Positions 24,571-34,900 of a stretch of DNA of 64,000 nt are shown one piece after another (position 1 is the first letter of the stretch; the number at the start of each line of letters is the position of its first letter). Origin of the DNA: Lama guanicoe. Its lineage: Eukaryota. The DNA lies in NCBI GenBank assembly GCA_013239625.1, contig MU054466.1, forward strand, positions 2,319,770 to 2,383,769. The letters are read 5' to 3'. The translations under genes were made by a program, and so were the position numbers. The notes under the pieces are model-generated. The model searched no databases. It was not told where the DNA came from and saw only the letters and a list, made by a program, of their open reading frames with translations.

Positions 24571-25407
24571 GTGTTTAATACCCCAACTTTCTCTTTCTCT
24601 GTCCTCTTGCTCGTCATGGTGATTGGCAGATGGGTACATATAATATTAACCACTCTTCCAACTGTGTGACTGCGTGATCAGATTCACCCAAAGCCAGCAG
24701 CAGTGTGCCCAGCTGAGGTCAGTCAAAGACGCTGTGGTCGACCCGAGGGGCAGCTGCCACTCGCCTGCCGTGTGATCTGGTTCAAGTTTCTTGGTGGTTC
24801 TCTGCCTCAGTTTCCCCACCTGTGAACCAGGGGTGCTGACAGCTCCTTCCCTCAAGGGTTACTGTTAAAGAAAAGAAAAGGATGAGCGGAGCAGTTAACG
24901 TCAGCTGTCCCGTCGATGCAGTGGTGCTTTCTGACGACCACCGTCACTTTGGGTTAGAAGGGCTCAGCCTGGCTTCATGCAGACCGAAATGAAAGGCAGG
25001 AAGGGGTGCCCACATAGGGGAGGGGCCTCCGCGCAGGTGGTGGTGTCCAGGAAGCCGCTCCTAGCCCAAATCCGGCCGCTTCTGCCGTCAGCTGCAAGTG
25101 GCAGTGGACTCCATGCCCTTTGGGTGGAAATGCAGCCCCTTCTCTAGGTCAGCCTGGTGGGCATGTGTTCCTGTCCGACGCCAAAGAGTCATGAAAAAAA
25201 AAACACCAGCAGCTTAACCTCCTCTCTGTTGGGTTTGTGTGGGGTCCTGGTACAGACACACACACTTCTCCCGCGCGCACGTGCGCACACACCTCTCCGC
25301 CCCTTTCCCGGCAGGCTCCCTCCACTTCTGCTTTCATCTGTACGTGGCTCCCCGCCCAGAGGGCCAGGCATTTTCATGCCCCACCTGAACCTTAACTTGT
25401 CTGCTAA

Positions 25408-25615
25408 GGTGGGGCCTGACCCTCGGCACTGGTGACATTTGGGGCCAGATCGCTGTTTGTCCTGGGGCTGTCCTGTGCATCACGGGATGTTCTGCAGCCT
25501 CCCTGGCCTCTGCCCGCTAGGTGCCAGTAGCACCCCCTCCCTCAGGTGTGACAGCCAAAACTGTCTCCAGACATGGCCCCCTGGAAGCAAAATCACACCC
25601 TCTTGAGAACAGCTG
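25408..25615 (-). mobile_element. MER20 DNA transposon
   Basis: ctcggcactggtgacatttggggccagat...gggctgtcctgtgcat...cctggcctctgcccgctaggtgccagtagcacc...tgtgacagccaaaactgtctccagacat, i.e. reverse MER20. Confidence 0.8.
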
Positions 25616-25891
25616 CCCCACAGGGTCTCGGTCAAGGTGCATGAGACAGAAATTGGGAACCGGAGGATAGTCCCTCCGGGCGGGTGTTGGGAGAGTGTCT
25701 GTCCCGCACTCAGAGCCCATGTGCCTTGTCTCCAGGACCTCGCTCCCCTCGGAACGCTCTGGGCAGCACTGTGTCTTCCTGCCCTGGTGGGTTTGAGTGG
25801 AGCGGCCGTGGCACCCACGGCCACTTGGCCCCAGCGCCCTTGAACCTCCCCTCGTGGCTCACACCACCTCCCCTCTGAAGCTGTCCCCGAC

Positions 25892-27673
25892 ATGAAAAGA
25901 AACACAGAGAGAGCCGCTCGGTGGAGCCCCAGCCCCGACGATGAAGCCTCGCTTTCGAGGCAAAAACACAAGTTGCTGCAAGTCCGAGAGACGGGAGACG
26001 TGCCTCTGCAGAGAAGACAGGACCTCCAGCAGCGGGAGAGCCAGCTGCTCCAGCGCTTGGCCCAGGTGTTGGGGGCACAGTCGCTGGGGGCCCCAGACCA
26101 GCAAGTCCGAGGCCTGGAAAGGCTGTGGTTGGCACATCTGCTGGGTGTGGGGGGCGGACGGGCCGAGGACCGTGCACTTGACTTGGAGGGGCTGGCCCAG
26201 CGGGGAGCAGCCAGGCCGCCCAGGGCTGGGGGTAAGCCCCGAGCGGCCGTGCGGGCCGAGAAGAGTCACAGGGAAGAGCTGGTCAGACGGCAGCCCTGGC
26301 ATTCCGCGTCCCTGAGGGGAGCAGTGGACCAGGAGAGGCAGGGAGCCTCCAGAGCCCCTGGCCTGTCTGCTCCTCCCCCGAGCCCCCCAGAGAGGAGAAA
26401 AGGGAAGCGAGGGCCTTCAGTGAAGACTGGCGGGGGCCGCCGTCCCGTGGACCCTGAGCTGAGCAGAGGGTCAGACGTGGGGAAGCTCTTGGCTCTTGCA
26501 AGGGAGATCACGTGCCTGGAGAAGTGGGGCAGAGAAGCAGCCCGGGACGGCAGGAGGCTGCCGGGGAAGGGGTCAGCTCACCCCGCCCAAGGCCCGAGAG
26601 CCACCCGTCTGCACCAGAGTCCCGAGGGCCCAGCCAGCAGCCCGGAGCAGCTGTGGCCGGCTGGCTGGGCCCACAGAAGTGAGACCTCCCCACTGGCGTG
26701 CCCGCGCAGGTTCAGCAACAAGAGCAGGTGGCAGAGAGAGCTGGAGTTTGCCTTTGAGGAGTTGTTTAATACAAACAGAAAGCTGAAAAAACACCTGGAT
26801 TTGTACCTGGACCTCAAGCCCAGGACAGAGCAGAGCCCCAGTGAAGAACAGGGCTTCTTGGGGATGCAGTCACGGAGCAGGGAGAGCCAGAGAGAGAAGA
26901 AAGCCAGAGACCCAGAGGCAGACATTGTGCTGGCTGGGGAGCCCATGAGTCCAGCGGGCGTGGACATCCACCTGACACCATCCAAAACCAGCTTGAAAAT
27001 GTCACTAAGCACACTGGAGAACCCCAAATCCCATAGGATGGCCAAGTGCGTGGTGCAGAATGACAGTGCACAGTCTCCCGAGGCAGGAATGTTGATGGGC
27101 AGAAAGAACCTGTTCTCGTGCAGCCCGGAATCCGGACAGGAGCCGCGCAGACCCTGTGAGCTTCACCCACGAGGACAGGTGGACAGAGCGGGCCTGATAG
27201 TGGCGAGGCAGAAGCAGAAAATGCAGATGGAGCGTCAGAGACCAAAGCAGCTGGAGCTGCTCAAGCCATTCGAGCACCCGAAGGAGAGCTTGGGGGCCGA
27301 TCTCCAGACGGAGCCAGAAGGTGGGAGGAGGGAACCGAGACAAGCCGACCTGGCCCGTCTGAGGCCCGACTCCCGTCCCGACCCGGGGAAGGAAGGAGCG
27401 TATGACTGCAGCCCCGCGTCCCCCTCGGCTGGCTTCGTCGACGATGACGGGCACAGTCAGATGATCGTGACCTCCAACAGCACATTCTGGAGCAAAACAA
27501 GTTGCACAAGCAGTTTCTTGAAGAAGCCAGGAAACGCTTGCAAGAGTTTCAGAGACTATGTTAAAAACGAGAGTCCCGCCTGCAGTAAATACACCGCTCA
27601 TAACGGGGCGTTCTGCCGGGCCTGGTACCCCTGTCTGTGCTTGTACTCGCGTTGTCTGCTCAGAAACCCATAG
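25892..27673 (+). CDS. CEP295NL: CEP295 N-terminal-like protein (DDC8/KIAA1731NL), single large coding exon nested in TIMP2 intron 1; C-terminus frameshifted at ~27466
   Basis: 593-aa ORF with recognisable motifs (KHKLLQ, RWQRELEFAFEELFNTNRKLKKHL, DDDGHSQMI) and the known nested position. The conserved tail DLQQHILEQNKLHKQFLEEARKRLQEFQRLC* lies in the -1 frame (27469-27564). Confidence 0.9.
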   Translation: MKRNTERAARWSPSPDDEASLSRQKHKLLQVRETGDVPLQRRQDLQQRESQLLQRLAQVLGAQSLGAPDQQVRGLERLWLAHLLGVGGGRAEDRALDLEGLAQRGAARPPRAGGKPRAAVRAEKSHREELVRRQPWHSASLRGAVDQERQGASRAPGLSAPPPSPPERRKGKRGPSVKTGGGRRPVDPELSRGSDVGKLLALAREITCLEKWGREAARDGRRLPGKGSAHPAQGPRATRLHQSPEGPASSPEQLWPAGWAHRSETSPLACPRRFSNKSRWQRELEFAFEELFNTNRKLKKHLDLYLDLKPRTEQSPSEEQGFLGMQSRSRESQREKKARDPEADIVLAGEPMSPAGVDIHLTPSKTSLKMSLSTLENPKSHRMAKCVVQNDSAQSPEAGMLMGRKNLFSCSPESGQEPRRPCELHPRGQVDRAGLIVARQKQKMQMERQRPKQLELLKPFEHPKESLGADLQTEPEGGRREPRQADLARLRPDSRPDPGKEGAYDCSPASPSAGFVDDDGHSQMIVTSNSTFWSKTSCTSSFLKKPGNACKSFRDYVKNESPACSKYTAHNGAFCRAWYPCLCLYSRCLLRNP

Positions 27674-27940
27674 CCTCTTTAAAAAACGGGCCATCAGTCG
27701 TCCTCCCGTCCTTTGGAGCGAGTTCCCCTGCAGGGATTGTGCCGAGTCCCAGTCCTGCCTTTTAAAAACTAAGTCCTGTTCAGGACGGCTCCTTAGCACA
27801 AAAACAGGAACCGTGTGGGGCGCGGTGCCCGGGTCTGGCCAGCGCAGCCGAGGCGTGGCCCAGAGCGGAGGCTGTTTTCATGTGCCGCGGGCACAGATGG
27901 AAACTCCAGGTAAAGTGAAGGGCTTCAGATGTTTCAGCCA

Positions 27941-27946
27941 AATAAA
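27941..27946 (+). terminator. CEP295NL: Candidate CEP295NL poly(A) signal (a variant AGTAAA is also present at 27584-27589)
   Basis: First canonical AATAAA downstream of the ORF. Confidence 0.45.
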
Positions 27947-28349
27947 CGCTGGACTTTCGGGGGCATCCAAGGTCAGACAGGCACACTTTCAAAAGACACA
28001 TCATTCATTGCTGAGACGTTAGCAGAGAGATTTAACTAAAATCTCTTAGTCTTTCAAGCCAACCTCATCTAATAGAACATCACTTGGCAACATTCGTGTA
28101 ATTTTAATATTAGAAAGTGGGAGGGAGGGAGAAAGAAAGGAAGTGGAGGCTGGGAGGAACAAGAAACGGGAAGTGTTCCCGGTGATCCAGCCCTACAGTC
28201 TCCTTCTGGGGCTGGTAGTGGTGGGGGGACTGGGGTGTCTAGTCCTTTTCCGGCCCCTCCCCACCCCCCAGCGTTACCTCTGACCCAGCAGCCTCGGCCG
28301 CCAGGAGACCCTGTGCTGGGTGGGGTGTTATCTGTCAGTTGCATACTCA

Positions 28350-28592
28350 GGGATTGGGATGGGATGGAATGGGATGGACAAATTAGTCTGCAAAGAGCCG
28401 ATAGTAAACACCGTAGGCTTTGCTGGCCAGATGGTCTCTGTGGCAACAGCTCCCGCCTCCGGTTGCAGCTGGAGAGCAGCCACAGGCAGCACGTAGATGA
28501 ATGGGTGTGACTGAGTTCCAAGAAGACATCTTATTTACAAAAATCGGTGGTAGGCAGGCTTTGGCCCTGGGGCCAGGGTTGGCTGACCCCTG
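28350..28592 (+). mobile_element. MER58-like DNA transposon
   Basis: tctgcaaagagccgatagtaaa..taggctttgctggccagatggtctctgtggcaac...atgaatgggtgtgactgagttccaa...ttatttacaaaaa...ggctgacccctg. Confidence 0.72.
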
Positions 28593-28897
28593 ACTTCACA
28601 TATTGAGCAGAGCTGGTGCCTCCCCCGCTCCCTCCTTTCCAGGACCTCAGATGCACCGAGACTGACCCTCCTCAGTCATGATGCACTGGCATCGTCGGCC
28701 CATGAATAGCCTTTTGTGATGGCACGTGTATTTTGTAGACAATATAATGAACAACTGAGAGCCCATCACCCAAACCCAAGATCTGGGCTGTTTGCTGAAA
28801 ACCAGCTTCTCTCTGTGTGCTACTTCCTTTCCTGTGCCCTGTTCCTCCTCAGCGGGATTGCAGACCTGCTGAACGAGGGGTTGTCCCTGCACTTTGC

Positions 28898-28934
28898 TAC
28901 ACACACGCATGCACGCACACACACACGCACACAC
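28898..28934. repeat. Imperfect (CA)n microsatellite
   Basis: acacacacgcatgcacgcacacacacacgcacacac. Confidence 0.7.
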
Positions 28935-31900
28935 TATATTGTTCAGTTTGACTTGTGCTTGAACCCTATAAAAAAAGGTACCATATAACATGTGGTCTTT
29001 TGGGAGCTCTTCTGGATCCAACATAGTTAATATATCCGTGTCACACGCAGGTGTCATTTTTCCCAAGGTGACACATCATCACGCGACTGTCTCAAGCCCT
29101 GTTTCCTTAGCTGCTTCTGTTTTGGGCCTGTTCCCCAAAAGAGAACTACATCCCTCCTGCACTTGGATCAAAAGTGCCTTCGGAAGGTCTGAACACGGCA
29201 TCTGGGACACGGGTGTGGGAGGGGTCCCGTTCTCACTTTTCTCCCCATTCTCATCCCCCCCTTTTTTGGCCCTGGGTTGACCATATGCTATTTTTCCTTT
29301 ACAAATACTGAGTGGCAGACACACTGCCCCGCTTGCTGGAGGTGAGCCGTGAACAACATGCATGTGGGAGTCTAGAGCTTAAGTAGAGTATCCAGGTGAC
29401 AAGTGATGACACGACAGATGGTGCTGGAGGAATACTCGGGGATGTGGGGCCACTGGCCCGGCTTCATGTCTCTGAGCATCCAGCCCACAGCCCCCAGACG
29501 TGTCCACTTGTACGAGACGGTAATGGCTACATCAGTAGCTTGAGTGAGGAACCTTCTGCCAGCTCACGTCTCCGTCACGTGGGTCCCCGCTGTCTGTGGC
29601 CTTTCCATTTTAGGTAGAGAAAATGTTCCATCCCGGCCCGATTTCTTTCTCTCATCTGCTTCCAGAATGTCACGGGGCCAGGGCTGCAGAGCCACTCCGC
29701 AGTTTGATCTGAGCTCAAAAAGATGAAGGTGGAAGTCCTGGGGCCCGGAGAGCTTTGTCACTCCCCAGCCAGATGAAGACTCCTGGCGGGGAGAGGTGCT
29801 GGCTCCCAGCCAGGGCTCAGCTGGCATTCCCGTCTGTCTCTGTGGGGTCACCTCAGTCTGAGAGGGTGGAGGGGGTGTCGTGGGATCACCAGGTTTAAAA
29901 CCGTGGCCGCGATGGGACCCAAACGTTGAGCAATGAGGTCTTCCTGACTCGGCCTGGAAGCCGCAGTCAGCTTCCAGGACACGAGATGATGGAGCAAGCC
30001 TGCCTTTGAGTGTGTTATTTTTGTTTCCACTTTCAAAGGTCGTGTTTGGTGGCCCACATGTTCTCGGGGAGGAATCGCCCCTTCTTGGCCACCCTTGAGC
30101 TAAAATAAAAGGCGGTGTGGGGGCTGGGCAGTGAGCCGTGGTGGAGGGTGAGTCATCTCTGCCTGGACAGTCGCTCCCACGCTGTCCCCCGGCAGCAGGA
30201 GGAGACCCCTGCCCTTCCTACCTGTCCTGCAGAAGGCTGGAGCAGGGTGGGAGGGGTGCCACTTGCCCAGGCCGTGGTGTGGGTGATGAAACAGGCCTCC
30301 AGGGCACCCTTCCCCCCCGAAAAAGCTGGCCCTCCCATGATTCCCAGTGGAGATATGGCGGGTAACTGCCGTCTCTTGGTGGGATCCAAGGGGTGGGCAG
30401 CCCCTGTCTTCACTCCGTTGGTCCCTTTGACACAGCTGGATCATGGTGCCGAGGGCCCTGGGGCTGCGCCACCTGAAAGGTTCCCACTGAGTCCTGCTGG
30501 GGGGTGAGGACCTGGACGTGGTGGCTCCATGCAGGGTCTTCCGTCTCCCTGAAACGGGCTCTTTCCCTTTGAAACTGTATCTTCTAGAACTTTCCCCTGG
30601 TTTTGTTGTTCTGCCCCACGTTTGGGGGCAGCTTCCTCTTCCCGTTTCACTCTGTGTCCTCTGCTCCCTTCCTCGCAGGCCCGCCTCTGAGCCCCTCCAG
30701 ACCTGGGGCCCTCGGGAAGGCCTCCGTGGCCAACCTGCTGGGGGACTGGTCCCATTTGCCCAAGGCGTCTGCAGGGGAAGGCGGCGCTGGTGAAGCCACG
30801 AGGTCCGCTGTCCACAGGCAGTGCAGGCCTGCCGTGACCCACAGGTGCCTGGACACGAGACACAGGGACAGCAGTTCACCCGCAACAACGCGGCCACTCC
30901 TGCCCTGGCAAGCAAGGGCTGTGGGCGCCATTGATCTTGGATGTGACCCCACGTTCCATGCATGCTGCTCTGAGGGTCCTCACACCTGTCCCTTCCCCGC
31001 CCAGCCAGGTGTGAGATCACAGTGCCTATGATAGTATCCCGAACCTCAGAAATATAAAATAATGGGGAAATAGGTTTTTAAAGTTGGGTGTGGGGTCAGG
31101 GGACCCTCTGACTTGCAGTGGTTTTTCCAATGAGCAGAAGATGGCCGCAAGGTGTGGGCGGCATCTTGCCTCCACCCGCCGCCCTCTGTGACGGGACGGA
31201 TGGGGTCCGTGTAGAAGCGCAGCCATCTCGGACAGCTCCTGCCGCAGCCTGGCCGCGGCTGGAGGTGCGGCGCTGGGTGGGCGGCACCCTGCCCGCTGCC
31301 CACTCTGAGGGGCAGGTGGGCTGCCACCTGGAGGCCTATTTGCAAGGCTGCACTAAGGAGGAGCAGCTGAGAAACCAGGGCATGAACCGCCCAGCCTGCT
31401 CGCTTCGGTTCCCTCCGCCTTGGAAGCTGGGAGTGTGGGCCCTGGGATCCCGATTGCTTCATCCCAGCTCCCGTCTCCTGAACAATGCAGTGGGTGGGGG
31501 TCAGCCCAGAGACCACAGGCCTCTGCGTCCCATGCCCGGTCACTGCTGCTGCACTGTCCTTGCTGCCTGGGACCTGAGCCACGGGCCCGGCATGCATGTA
31601 TTCGCTCCCCAAAATGAGGCAGCCTGGAGGGGGAGACCTGCCGGGGTCACAGTCCACCAGCAGCAGCATGAGGACAGGACCCTCGTCTGCTGTCCCTCAC
31701 TTCAGGTCTGTCCATCCAGTCCCTTCCGCAGCCTCTGGGTGGGGAGGGGTCCCAGAGGGGTGGCTGGGGGTTCTCTCAGCGCCCCTCCAAACTCCCCGTT
31801 TCCTGCCCGGCCCAGCCTTGCCCCTGCCCCCACTCCAGGCTCCAGGCCTAGGGTTTGCAGGGCTGAGCTTGGCTCCTCCGCGGGGTCTTGGCGGAGAGAG

Positions 31901-34900
31901 TGCAGAGCAGCAGTTCCCTGCACAAAGCCGCACTGTTCTCAGCAAATCCTCCCAGCATCGGGGTGCATTTTTTTCAAATGATTCAGCAGCACGTGAATGG
32001 GAAGGGCCCAAGCCCAGCGCTTCGGAGACCATGACCAAGGCCTCTGGCATGAGATCCCGCTGGGCCCACAGGGAGAGGGGAGGGAGGGTGGCAGGGCTGG
32101 AGTTGGGGGTCCTAGCAGGGTCCTGGGGGGTCGGGAGGGTGGCTTGGCAACAGGACAGTGAATGCTGCAGCTTCTCTGCGCCCTGCCAGAGCGCGCTCAG
32201 AGACATCTCCTCCTGCTCCCAGGGGGCCCAAGCAAATGGCCAGGAAATGGAGATGGGAGAGCTGGTCTCCATGGAGACAGGGCAGCCAGTGGACAGCCGC
32301 TCACATGTATGTGCCAGAATCTGGAATAGCACTGGGCAGGCCTGGCAGATCCCCAGGTTCTGTGCTTGTGGGCTGCGTGGCCCGGGGCTGGGGGGCACTG
32401 CTGTGTCCTGTTCTCTGTCCTGCAGCCCCCACCCCCCACCCCACCCTCAACTCCCTAAAAAACACATCTGCTCTGAGCAGTTGTCATTCTAGGCATTTTT
32501 GACTCCGGCCTATCACGCTGGCCGAGTCTTGCCCTCACCCTGGACAGCACAGCCCTGCCCTGACCTCTGTTGGCTCCTGGGGTTGGTGGGGAGGTTTGGG
32601 GGACCTGAGGGTGGGTCTGGTCTTTCTCAGCTGCTGCGAGGATGGAAGAAACCCTTGGTTCTCTGCCGCATCACAGGGCTGTTTTTAATTACTTCATTTC
32701 CCTGAAAGCAGCAAACTTGGAGGAGGTCTGCTCCACCCCTGACCGAAAGGGGCCTGGCGTTGAGGCCAGGGAAGGCAGAGCTGAGTGTCTGGGGAGAGCC
32801 CCCACGCCCGCGTCCACCAGGGGTACCGAGGAGGGTGGGGGCTGGGTGGACAGTGAGACCAGAGGGGCAGGTGGGGCTGGACGCTGCCACGGCCTTCTGG
32901 GTGCCAAAGCTGATGCCACGCATTCCTTGTGACATCTCCCAGGCTGCTCAGCCACACCCCGTGTCCACGTGCAGTTCTGTAGGGAGGGGCGTGGCCCTGA
33001 AACCTGGGGACTCAGAGCAGTCCTCAGTCCATGGGAGCACGACGCGCTTTCCGAATCACCATCCACCTGCCGCCTGCCCCTCCAGCCCATGAGTCTACCC
33101 CTGCCCCACCTCAGAGAAGCAGAAGCAGCCGCATCACAAAGGGTCACATCTTCACTCTGCCCCCCACAGCCCACTGCGATGATGCAGTTACAGGCAAGCA
33201 CTAGGGGTCCCTCCGTAATCCCAGGCAGGGCTCTGAAAAATAAAGGCATCTCGTTACAGCTTTCGTAGGGCAGAACTGCAGCCTGTGCATCTGGGGTGTC
33301 GCTGCAGGAAGTGGGGCACCCCTCGCTTTCCTGACTCTGACCTTGAGGGTCAGTGGTGGCTGGAAAGGGGGCTCCCCCGTCCACGCTCCTCTGGGACTTG
33401 GGACAAGTTCATCCAAATTCAAAGGCTAAGGGGCCTCGGCCAGGTGGACCAGCCCTGCCATGTCGCTGTGTCCAAAAGGGACAGGAGACCCTCTTCGCAG
33501 GTGGCTGCCGGGGATGTCACTGCACGTGTTAAGTGAGGGCTTGGGCAGCACTGTGATTTGAGTGTGTGGATGTTGACACTAGCGGCACCGCTTCTCTGGC
33601 GAGTCTAGACAAGGGCGAGGAGCCCTCTAGCCCTCCCCCAGTACCCCGGCAGTGCAGAGCACCCCTGGAGGGTGGGCGTCTGAAGTCCCACCTGGAGTGA
33701 GTGGGGGCTGGGTTTCATCTGGGGCGACATAGATGCTTATGGTTGGTGTGTGATTCTTCCCAGAGACAAGGACATGGGCCAAGTGACCCTCAGAGGACAC
33801 TGGCAGTGTGGGCTGCAGTGACCTCATTTGCATCTAAGAAATGGGAGTCCTCAGCCGCCCCTGTAACCGACCATACGCAGTGCCCCCCTTCCAGGCACAG
33901 CGGCAGAGCGCCCCCCACTCTGGATGGGGGCCAGGAGGGTCTTTTGAAAATGTGCTGGCCAATCAAAGGCCCCCCCACCCGCCCCCGACAATGAACGGCT
34001 TTGAGAGCATGTGTCCCTCACCGGAGGGACCACTGGGCATCTTCCGTAGGTCTGTGAGCAGGGTTGGCACTGTCCCTGCCAGCACCCCGTCTCTGGGCGT
34101 CCCTCCCAGGTCTGGGCGTGGGCTGGGCTCGGAGGGGACAGTGGGCCCTGCTGCCGCTGAGCCAGTGTTGCCGGCCTGAGTCAGTGCGCACATGTGAGGC
34201 TCAGATGGTTCGGGGCCGGATTTTGAACTTGTATTTAGACAGGTGTTCTTCCGAATCCTGGAGTTTCCCGCGTCTCTTCTGGGCAGACCCCTGGCTTTCC
34301 CTTGCTCTGCCTGGGCAGACCCTGGGGGCTGGGGAGCTAGGGGGTGTTGGGCATGTTGGGACAAGGCTGTGAATGTGTGAAAGTCAGGGTCCTAATGCCC
34401 ATGAGCTCACCCGTGCTCTGGGGCTGGGAGCCCAGCCGGGCCGAGTGGTCCCCTGGGGGAAGGTCCTGCGGGATGCCGTCACACACGTAGCACGTGGCCG
34501 TCCTCCAGGAGCAGCTGGCCCGTGGCAAGATAATCAGGGTCAGTCGGTGAGCATGAAATACATGACCTTCCGAGAGGCAGTCGTCCTTCGTGGTCCGGCC
34601 CCCCCATGGACGATGCTCCTGGCTTGTCCTTAATCTCCGTTGCTTCCCCAGTACGATCTGAAGATACAGGGGGGCCCGGATGTTGGTGGGGGTGGGAGAG
34701 TGGCTTGACTCGACTTGGGCTGGTCGAGTGTGTTGCTCTCCTGGGGCGGTCCTGGCCACACCGTGTGCTGGGGACACCCCAGGTCTCCTGCGGCCCCCTC
34801 CCCGTCCCCTCCCCCTGCACCGCGGCCCTGCCCGGCCTCCGTGGGTTTGGCACGGGCTGTCGTCATCTCTCGGAGTCTGAACGCAGCCTGTGTTCCTCGG

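Noticed and set aside
27440-27480. Programmed -1 ribosomal frameshift restoring the CEP295NL C-terminus
   Set aside because: No X XXY YYZ slippery site at the frame switch; a simple 1-nt deletion explains it.
27005-27799. 264-aa antisense ORF over the CEP295NL 3' half
   Set aside because: Shadow ORF of a GC-rich coding sequence; no independent promoter or splice evidence.
30100-32492. Cluster of 200-306 aa ORFs on both strands in intron 1
   Set aside because: No recognisable homology, many non-ATG starts, mutually overlapping; expected by chance at this GC content.
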